In this document: piece after piece, positions 26,909-33,480 of the stretch | How the letters are laid out: every line of letters starts with the position of its first letter | Numbering within the stretch: the stretch's first letter is position 1 | DNA from: an uncultured Candidatus Saccharibacteria bacterium | GTDB lineage: Bacteria > Patescibacteriota > Saccharimonadia > Saccharimonadales > CAZYVW01 | Direction: 5' to 3' | Length of the DNA stretch: 34,958 bases | NCBI GenBank assembly: GCA_964651645.1 | Contig: CAZYVW010000001.1 | Location: forward strand, 1 to 34,958 | Translations under genes and position numbers: made by a program | Notes under the pieces: generated by a model | The model's database searches: none | Seen by the model: only the letters and a program-made list of their open reading frames with translations | Told to the model about the DNA's origin: nothing

Positions 26909-26915
26909 CTTTAGA

Positions 26916-26921
26916 ATTGTA
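26916..26921 (-). promoter_or_regulatory. -10-like hexamer TACAAT, 7 nt upstream of ATG 26908
   Basis: The minus strand reads TACAAT-tctaaag-ATG. No SD is present. Confidence 0.4.
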
Positions 26922-26931
26922 GCATCAAGAG

Positions 26932-26937
26932 TATTCT
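26932..26937 (+). promoter_or_regulatory. -10-like hexamer TATTCT, 7 nt upstream of ATG 26945
   Basis: The plus strand reads TATTCT-tagagtt-ATG. No SD is present. Confidence 0.35.
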
Positions 26938-26944
26938 TAGAGTT

Positions 26945-27238
26945 ATGGAAAATAAACTAGTTAGACGCGTTGTTATAATTAAGCTTCATGACGATGTTAG
27001 CGAGCAGACAAAGAAAGACATTCTGCAGAAGTTAATGGCTTTGGGAGAGAGCCCTGATGTTAGGAATTGGCTGGTTAAAGAATCGCTTGATACCCGTAAG
27101 GGTCAAATTATTATTGAAGAAGGAATATTTGAGTCAGAAGCAGCAATTGAACGCTTCCGTTTGAGCCCAGAACACCAAACAGTTGGCAAGTATATGAGCC
27201 AGTTAGCCGACTGGTGGACGGCCGTCTTTTATGAATGA
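26945..27238 (+). CDS. Dabb (stress-responsive alpha/beta-barrel) domain protein
   Basis: 97 aa. The pattern RRVVIIKLHDDVSEQTKKDILQKLMAL...E.IFESEAAIERFRLSPEHQ is typical of the Dabb/ferredoxin-like dimeric barrel family. Confidence 0.6.
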   Translation: MENKLVRRVVIIKLHDDVSEQTKKDILQKLMALGESPDVRNWLVKESLDTRKGQIIIEEGIFESEAAIERFRLSPEHQTVGKYMSQLADWWTAVFYE

Positions 27239-28074
27239 TAAGTTCCTTGGGCTGGTATTATAAGCAGATGAAATTAACTACAGCTTCCGGCAAACCACTT
27301 AATCCGATTGGCATTGGCACTTGGGGAATTGTTGGCACTTGGGAAAAGACAACCGAGCATGAAGCAGAAGGTATTGAGGGTTTACGCTACTCCGTACAAA
27401 AGGGCCAAAACCACATAGATTCTGGCCAAATTTACGGCGGCGGCTATACCGATGAGTTTATTGGCAAAGCTATCAAAGGTTTAGAGCGCAAAGACCTCTT
27501 CATTGGCGATAAAGTTTGGGAAACCAACGTAGCGACCGGCAAAGTCCAGGAAGCCGCGAGCGAAATGCTTAAGAAGCTTGGCACCGATTATATTGACCTG
27601 CTCTATATCCACAAACCGTGGGACGATTTTCCTTGGCGCGAGGCCATCCCACAAATTGATGAGTTGATTGATAGGGGCGTTGTCCGCCAGTTTGGAGTTA
27701 GTAATTTTAACTTAGAGCAGCTACAAGAAGCTATGAAGCTATCTAAACACCCGGTGGCTGCTAATCAGCTTTACTACAACCTGCTACATAAACAAGAGGT
27801 TGATGATGCCATGCAAGCCTTTTGCAAAGAGCACGACATTCAGATAATTGCCTACCGTCCATTGGAACAAGGCAAAGTTTTAGAAAACGAAACCGTTAAG
27901 CAGATCGCCGCGGCCCATTCTGCCACACCTTCGCAGGTAGCCCTGGCCTGGTTAGTCGCCAAAGGCACATTAACCGTACCAATGGCAATTGATGAGACCT
28001 TTATTGACCAAAACCTGCGCTCACTGGAGTTGCAACTCACGCCGGAAGATATGGCCAAGCTGGACACCTTATAA
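27235..28074 (+). CDS. aldo/keto reductase
   Basis: IGIGTWG, IDSGQIYGGG, YIDLLYIHKP, RQFGVSNF and AYRPLEQG are AKR signature blocks. ATG 27235 overlaps the upstream stop (ATGA). An alternative start is ATG 27268 (MKLTTASGK). Confidence 0.85.
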   Translation: MISSLGWYYKQMKLTTASGKPLNPIGIGTWGIVGTWEKTTEHEAEGIEGLRYSVQKGQNHIDSGQIYGGGYTDEFIGKAIKGLERKDLFIGDKVWETNVATGKVQEAASEMLKKLGTDYIDLLYIHKPWDDFPWREAIPQIDELIDRGVVRQFGVSNFNLEQLQEAMKLSKHPVAANQLYYNLLHKQEVDDAMQAFCKEHDIQIIAYRPLEQGKVLENETVKQIAAAHSATPSQVALAWLVAKGTLTVPMAIDETFIDQNLRSLELQLTPEDMAKLDTL

Positions 28075-28081
28075 ATCGCTT

Positions 28082-28110
28082 TTGTTTAATCAACCCCTGA
28101 TTGTTATAAT
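28082..28110 (+). promoter_or_regulatory. sigma70-like promoter for the C-methyltransferase gene
   Basis: The -35 is TTGTTT (28082-28087) and the spacer is 17 nt. The extended -10 is TGTTATAAT (TG at 28102-28103, TATAAT at 28105-28110). Only 9 nt separate the -10 from GTG 28120, and no SD is present. Confidence 0.5.
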
Positions 28111-28119
28111 CATCCCGTT

Positions 28120-29325
28120 GTGATCGTTAAAGAATGTTTTTTATGTAAAAGTAAGAAGCTTTATAAAGTTATTGATCTGGGCTTTCACCCACTGGCCGAT
28201 ACTTTCCTTAAGGCTCCTCAGCTGGATGGACCGGAAACCCGCTATCCATTATTTGTTGTGGCCTGCAAAGACTGCGGCCATTTAATGAACGGCTACATTG
28301 TGCCAGCTAAAGCCCGTTACCAGGAAAACGAATACAGCTACGATTCTTCTAACTCACAAGTTTCAATAAACCACTTTGACGAATTTGCCCAAGAGGCCAT
28401 CAAGCTCGTTGGCGTTACTAAAGACGATTTGGTAGTAGATGTTGGCTCCAATGTTGGCACTTTTTTATCTAAGTTCCGTGAACATTCTGGCTGCAGCGTA
28501 ATCGGTATTGAGCCTTCGCACAACATTGCCGTACTAGCTAGAAAAAACGGTGTTAAAACTTTTGAAGAATTTTTTAACTCCAAAGCCATTAAGCAAATTA
28601 AGGAAACCTCCAAGGCCAAGTTGATTACCGGGACTAATGTTTATAACCACATTGAAGACCAAGCGTCTTTTGCCAAGGATGCAATCGACTTACTAACTCC
28701 AGACGGCATGATTGCTATAGAAACGCCTTACGCCGGCAAGCTGATCGATGAAACCTCTTTTGACACGATTTATTTAGAGCACGCCTCTTATTTCTTTGTA
28801 ACGTCGCTTAAAAAATTCTGGGGCAAGTATGGCTTTAAAATTAGCCATGTGGAGCTTAATGATTACATGAGTGACTCGATGCGCTTTTACTTAAGCCGCC
28901 AGTTACCAGAAAGCCCGGCCGTAGCTAAAATGATTAGAGACGAGGCCAAAAAGGGCTACTTTAAACCAAAAACTTACGAAGCCTTCATGGAGCGCACTGT
29001 GAAATTCAAAATGGATCTTATGAAAGAGCTTTACCAAATTAAAGCCAAAGGTGGTGTAGTTATTGGCATTGGCGCAGCAACTAAAGGCAACACCCTACTT
29101 AACTACTGCGGCATTGACAGCACACTACTGGAATACGTGACTGACGCTTCGCCATTAAAAGTCGGCAAGTTTACCCCAGGCTCGCACCTGCCGATCAAAC
29201 ACGACAAAGACATTGATAACAAGGTTGTGACGCACGGTTTGATTCTGCCATGGAATATTGGCGATTTTCTTAGTAAAAAACTTGGCTTCTTAGGCATCAA
29301 GTTCTTGGTCCCACACCTAAAGTAG
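28120..29325 (+). CDS. NDP-hexose C-methyltransferase-like protein (TylCIII-type architecture)
   Basis: It has an N-terminal four-Cys zinc ribbon (CFLCKSKKL...CKDCGH) and a class I SAM motif (VVDVGSNVGTF). The C-terminal domain ends in G.FLVP, as in sugar C-methyltransferases. The start is GTG, the only in-frame start that retains the zinc ribbon. Confidence 0.7.
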   Translation: MIVKECFLCKSKKLYKVIDLGFHPLADTFLKAPQLDGPETRYPLFVVACKDCGHLMNGYIVPAKARYQENEYSYDSSNSQVSINHFDEFAQEAIKLVGVTKDDLVVDVGSNVGTFLSKFREHSGCSVIGIEPSHNIAVLARKNGVKTFEEFFNSKAIKQIKETSKAKLITGTNVYNHIEDQASFAKDAIDLLTPDGMIAIETPYAGKLIDETSFDTIYLEHASYFFVTSLKKFWGKYGFKISHVELNDYMSDSMRFYLSRQLPESPAVAKMIRDEAKKGYFKPKTYEAFMERTVKFKMDLMKELYQIKAKGGVVIGIGAATKGNTLLNYCGIDSTLLEYVTDASPLKVGKFTPGSHLPIKHDKDIDNKVVTHGLILPWNIGDFLSKKLGFLGIKFLVPHLK

Positions 29326-29329
29326 CGCC

Positions 29330-30322
29330 CTAGCTAGTGTAGCGGTCTTTGTACCAGTCGTAGGTTTTAGTTAAACCTTGTTCTAGGGTAGTGTTGGCTT
29401 CCCAGCCAACAGCGTTTTTGATTTTAGAAACATCAGCCAGGCGGCGCTTAACGGATCCTTCTGGTGATTTTTGAATATCAAGTTTCTTAGGATGCCACTT
29501 ACTAATTTTAAACAGTGTTTCGGCAAGGTCTTTAATAACCGTTTCCTCGGTGGTACCAATGTGGTAGATTTCACCATCGGTCTTATTGGAAATCATAACT
29601 AGGCGCATGGCTTCTACGGCGTCTTGGATATAGCAGAACGAGCGCGTATCATCGGCGCCGTAAATTGGGAAGGGATCAGTTTTCTTAACGATCCGCTCAA
29701 TAAACTGCGGAATAACGTGGTTAAAGCCGGCCCGCGGACCATAAAAGTTGTGCGGCCGGACAATGACATTACGCATTTTGTAGCTAGTACCGTAGTGAAT
29801 AAACAGTTGCTCGCCAATGGCTTTGGTAGCCGCATACGTCCAGCGCGGATTTTTAACATCGGAAATAACTAATGGTACATCTTCGGGTGTTGGAATTGGC
29901 AGCTGGTTAAAAGCTTCTAGGGCGCCGGCGTAAGCCTCGTTAGACGAAGTAAACAGGTTTTTGCCCTTGGGGTTCTTGGTTCTAGCCCATTCCAGGCCAT
30001 AAATTGAAGCCAGCAGGTTAATCCGTAAAACTTCATGGGGGATTTTATAAAACAGGTCGGTGCCGTTAACGGCCGCTAAATGATAAACGTAGTCAAAGTT
30101 GCCTTTAATTTTGTTCCAGCCTTCTGGGCTAGTTAGGTCAATTTCCATTAACTTAACGTTCTTGGCTTTTAGTAGTTCTTTTAGGTCTGGGTCGTCTTTG
30201 CCACGGAAGAAATTATCTATCATCAGGACTTCATCACCCTGCTCAACGTGAAGACGCGAAAGATACAGGCCAATAAAGCCAGCGCCGCCGGTAATTAAAA
30301 CTTTGTTAGATTTGCCAGCCAT
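29330..30322 (-). CDS. extended-SDR NAD-dependent sugar epimerase/dehydratase/reductase
   Basis: KVLITGGAGFIGLYL, YHLAAV and YAATKAIGEQL (YxxxK) are present, along with RPHNFYGPR. Substrate specificity cannot be read from the sequence alone. Confidence 0.85.
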   Translation of the reverse strand: MAGKSNKVLITGGAGFIGLYLSRLHVEQGDEVLMIDNFFRGKDDPDLKELLKAKNVKLMEIDLTSPEGWNKIKGNFDYVYHLAAVNGTDLFYKIPHEVLRINLLASIYGLEWARTKNPKGKNLFTSSNEAYAGALEAFNQLPIPTPEDVPLVISDVKNPRWTYAATKAIGEQLFIHYGTSYKMRNVIVRPHNFYGPRAGFNHVIPQFIERIVKKTDPFPIYGADDTRSFCYIQDAVEAMRLVMISNKTDGEIYHIGTTEETVIKDLAETLFKISKWHPKKLDIQKSPEGSVKRRLADVSKIKNAVGWEANTTLEQGLTKTYDWYKDRYTS

Positions 30323-30332
30323 GTATCCGCAG

Positions 30333-30338
30333 ATTATA
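30333..30338 (-). promoter_or_regulatory. -10 hexamer TATAAT, 10 nt upstream of ATG 30322
   Basis: The minus strand reads TTTATAAT-ctgcggatac-ATG. No SD is present. Confidence 0.4.
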
Positions 30339-30426
30339 AACGCCGCATATCTCTATAGCAAGCCAGGAATTAAATTTATGGTATTGTATACGTAAAATAA
30401 TATTGCCTAAAGGGAGTCGCCGCACA

Positions 30427-31131
30427 ATGTCAAAGAAACTAAAGCTAGATAAGGCTAAAGCTCTAGAAAACCTAAAAAAATACACAGACCAAATGGCCAC
30501 GCAAAACGGCGGCGAGGACAAAGACTACGCGGCACTGCAGTACAGCTGGAACAAAGACATCCTAGAGCGATCTATGGACTATATCCCCAAAGAAGCTCAC
30601 AAATTAATTGGCATTGGTAGTTTCCAGGGGGCATTAGAGCTAGCCTTGGCGCCGTTTTTTGACCAAGTTTTCTGCGTGGATCATGAATCATTCTTGCCAG
30701 CCAAAACTCCAAAGAATGTCACATTCCACCAAGCCGATATTGACAGCGCTCATTGGCGGCTGCCGGATGACCAAGCGATGTTTGACGTTGCCTACTGCAT
30801 AGAAACTATTGAACATCTGCTGTGGTCGCCACTACCACTATTAAAGTGGATGCAGAGCTACTCCCATATTTCCGTAATCTCCACGCCCGATGATGCCGAG
30901 TGGCCTGCCATGAACATTCGCCCGTGGACCCGTTTCCAGAAATTTATTGATATTCCTCGGGCCAAGCGCCGCTTTAAAGGCAACCCCGAGCCGATGTTTC
31001 ATACCAAACAGTACGGACAAGCCGAGTTCATAGAAATGTTGGATTTTGTTGGCTTTAGAGTCTTGGAATTTTTTAGAACTGGTGAGGGGCATCACCAAAT
31101 GGTAGCTATCGTCCAGCCAAGGCATAAATAA
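30427..31131 (+). CDS. class I SAM-dependent methyltransferase
   Basis: Motif I-like LIGIGSFQGALELAL...CVDH and post-I/II FDVAYCIETIEHL are present. I prefer ATG 30427, which has GGGAG (30412-30416) 10 nt upstream. The track starts at TTG 30403. Confidence 0.6.
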   Translation: MSKKLKLDKAKALENLKKYTDQMATQNGGEDKDYAALQYSWNKDILERSMDYIPKEAHKLIGIGSFQGALELALAPFFDQVFCVDHESFLPAKTPKNVTFHQADIDSAHWRLPDDQAMFDVAYCIETIEHLLWSPLPLLKWMQSYSHISVISTPDDAEWPAMNIRPWTRFQKFIDIPRAKRRFKGNPEPMFHTKQYGQAEFIEMLDFVGFRVLEFFRTGEGHHQMVAIVQPRHK

Positions 31132-32828
31132 TGTTATTGAGCATTTTGTATTTCTGCTTTATCCATATCTCGCTTCTGTTGCCAGGCTATGTATTACTTA
31201 AAAAAACTAGGCTGCTATATAGGAATCCTGGCATAGAGTTGTGTTTTGCTTATCTAATTTCGATTGTCTTTTTCGGGTTATTGGCAATTGGTAGTTACGT
31301 TTTAAAGCTAAGTCCAGAGGTTTCACAAATTATCTCTTGGGTGACTCTAACAGCCAGCGCCGTAATCTTTATTCAACAGCGTTATCTCCAAGAATTGCTG
31401 AAACAGCGCTTGCCGCTGGCTTGTTTTGTGATGATCTCTTTGTTTGCTTCTAGTTTTATCGGGCTAAGCTTTAGCGCGCCTTATAAATTTGTGCCAGATC
31501 CGCAAGTTCAGGCCGGACGTAACTACCAAGTACCTAACGTCAAAGTCCTAAATGTCGCCCAGACTCAAGCCAACGATAACTACGTGCCTTACCGCCAGGC
31601 CCAGTTTATGATTCATCGCGCTGACCCGGGCAAAGCTGATTTTATTTATGAATGGGGGGTGTTCTTTTTCCAGCGCACGCCGCTGATGGGCGCTGTAACG
31701 GCTAACTACTTGACGATGCTCGGCGATGTGCCGCCGCTAGACCATCCGTGGGCCGCCGACGGGGCCGACCCGGCACATACTTATATGAAGTTTCAAATTA
31801 TCGCCAATATTTTAAACACCATGTTTATTTTGCCGGCCTTCTTTTTACTGCGCAGATTGTTTAACAATAAAACAGCGGCCTTGACTTGCCTGTTTTTGGT
31901 TTCTAGCCAGTACTTCTTGTACAACGCCTTCTTTAGCTGGCCTAAGTCGCTGGTGGCCTTCTTTATCCTATTGTCTTGGCTGCTCCTGCTAGAAAATAAG
32001 TTCCGCTATACGATGCTAGCAGGCGTGGCAGCTGGTGTGGCCTACTTGGCACATGATTTAGCGATACTTTACATTGGCGCCAGCGCCCTTTACCTGCTTT
32101 ACAACAAACGCTTTAAAGAAACGGCGGTGTTTGCTGGTATTGCGGCGGTGTTTGCTCTGCCGTGGTTACTAACAGCCAGTTTGGTATATAACAAGCCTAG
32201 TACTTTTATTTATTACCCGTTTTCTACCGGTGGAATTCCCCAAAACGGCCCGCAGGTCATGCGCGACTTCGCGCACACCTCCCCGCTCAGGCTGTTAAAA
32301 ATCCGGGTTGATAACATGGTTTACTTGGGCAGCCCTTACGAGCTACTGACTTCTGAAGGCGGGCAAGAGCTTGGCCGGCGGCTGTGGGCCTTTGGGTTGT
32401 TCTCTATCCCAGGGTCAATTGGGATTGGCTTGATTATCCCAGCCGTATTAGGAGCCCTTAAAAAATTCCGTAACGCCGCTTTATGGGCAATGGTTGTCGC
32501 ACCGGTAATTTTAGAGACGTTGGTTATTGGTTGGCCAAAGGGCCTAGGTGCGCTGCATTTTGCCGAAGGCGTAGTTGTTGTCTTAAGCGGCTTAGCCATT
32601 TACTACCTGGCCCAGCTAAAAAACAAGGCTTGGCTATTTGCAGCCTTTGTAGCCAACTGCGCCCAGCTGGTCTTTTTTGCGACATACAGCTATGGGTTTA
32701 AGGTTAGCAGTTGGCTTAACGCTGGCGACCTAGCCAGGCTGTCAGTTATGACAGCAATTATTTTTAGCTCTGGCTGGCTAATCTACAAGATTGCGCTGGA
32801 TAGACCTTCTTGGCTAGCCGACAACTAG
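31131..32828 (+). CDS. polytopic membrane protein, candidate GT-C-type transferase
   Basis: 565 aa with at least 12 hydrophobic spans. A large early loop holds acidic and aromatic residues (ANDNYVPYRQAQFMIHRADPGKADFIYEW). The ATG overlaps the methyltransferase stop by 1 nt (TAATG). The family assignment is tentative. Confidence 0.5.
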   Translation: MLLSILYFCFIHISLLLPGYVLLKKTRLLYRNPGIELCFAYLISIVFFGLLAIGSYVLKLSPEVSQIISWVTLTASAVIFIQQRYLQELLKQRLPLACFVMISLFASSFIGLSFSAPYKFVPDPQVQAGRNYQVPNVKVLNVAQTQANDNYVPYRQAQFMIHRADPGKADFIYEWGVFFFQRTPLMGAVTANYLTMLGDVPPLDHPWAADGADPAHTYMKFQIIANILNTMFILPAFFLLRRLFNNKTAALTCLFLVSSQYFLYNAFFSWPKSLVAFFILLSWLLLLENKFRYTMLAGVAAGVAYLAHDLAILYIGASALYLLYNKRFKETAVFAGIAAVFALPWLLTASLVYNKPSTFIYYPFSTGGIPQNGPQVMRDFAHTSPLRLLKIRVDNMVYLGSPYELLTSEGGQELGRRLWAFGLFSIPGSIGIGLIIPAVLGALKKFRNAALWAMVVAPVILETLVIGWPKGLGALHFAEGVVVVLSGLAIYYLAQLKNKAWLFAAFVANCAQLVFFATYSYGFKVSSWLNAGDLARLSVMTAIIFSSGWLIYKIALDRPSWLADN

Positions 32829-32880
32829 TGTCTGTACTTCCCCTAAGCTAGTTATTTCATACCTATAAGCTGGCAGTTCT

Positions 32881-32889
32881 TGGTACTAT
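32881..32889 (+). promoter_or_regulatory. extended -10-like TGGTACTAT, 6 nt upstream of ATG 32896
   Basis: The plus strand reads TGgTACTAT-atacgc-ATG. No SD is present. Confidence 0.35.
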
Positions 32890-32895
32890 ATACGC

Positions 32896-33480
32896 ATGGC
32901 ATTTAAGTTCCCCAAGTTTCGACGTCTGTCTGCCAAAAGCCGATTGCTTTTGGGCCTGCTTGTTATCGTGGTTGTAGCTAGCCTCTGGTACTGGCATAGT
33001 CACATTAAGAAGATAGTAGCCACCATCCCCACCAGCACTGCGGCGACTAGTCCAAGCACATCGACCCCTACTACAACTCCTTCTACTACCACCAACAGCA
33101 CACCTTCGCCTAGCCCTGCAAGCCCAGCGCCAAGCACTAAATCGGTTAGCCCAACACCTGCTACTAATCCTAATGCGACTTTGGTTGAGCCATACGGAAC
33201 GTTTGTCAGCAACCATGGCCAGGATTCGTCGCACCCAGCTGACTCTGAAGTCTCATATTGCACAACCACGCCGGGAGCAACTTGTTACATTGCATTTACC
33301 CAAAGCAATATAACCAAAAAACTACCAGTTCAAACAACTGACAGTTCTGGCTCAACTACCTGGAGATGGGACGTTAAAGCAGCCGGTTTGACCTCGGGCA
33401 AGTGGACGGTAACAGCCTATGCCTCTTTGGGCAATCAAACTAAAAGTACCGTGGATCAAATTAGTCTGGTCGTCCAGTAA
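32896..33480 (+). CDS. membrane-anchored Pro/Thr/Ser-rich protein with a small beta-rich C-terminal domain
   Basis: It has an N-terminal basic stretch plus a TM span (LLLGLLVIVVVASLWYW). A roughly 60-aa low-complexity P/T/S linker follows (TSTAATSPSTSTPTTTPSTTTNSTPSPSPASPAPS). The last 90 aa have alternating beta-like character (TTWRWDVKAAGLTSGKWTVTAYA). Confidence 0.6.
   Translation: MAFKFPKFRRLSAKSRLLLGLLVIVVVASLWYWHSHIKKIVATIPTSTAATSPSTSTPTTTPSTTTNSTPSPSPASPAPSTKSVSPTPATNPNATLVEPYGTFVSNHGQDSSHPADSEVSYCTTTPGATCYIAFTQSNITKKLPVQTTDSSGSTTWRWDVKAAGLTSGKWTVTAYASLGNQTKSTVDQISLVVQ

Noticed and set aside
32863-33269. Minus-strand ORFs 32863-33234 (123 aa) and 33000-33269 (89 aa)
   Set aside because: They lie antisense to the Pro/Thr/Ser-rich linker of the 32896-33480 gene. 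Low-complexity ACN/CCN codons keep the reverse frames open. Their products are Arg/Gly/Val-rich nonsense with no start context.
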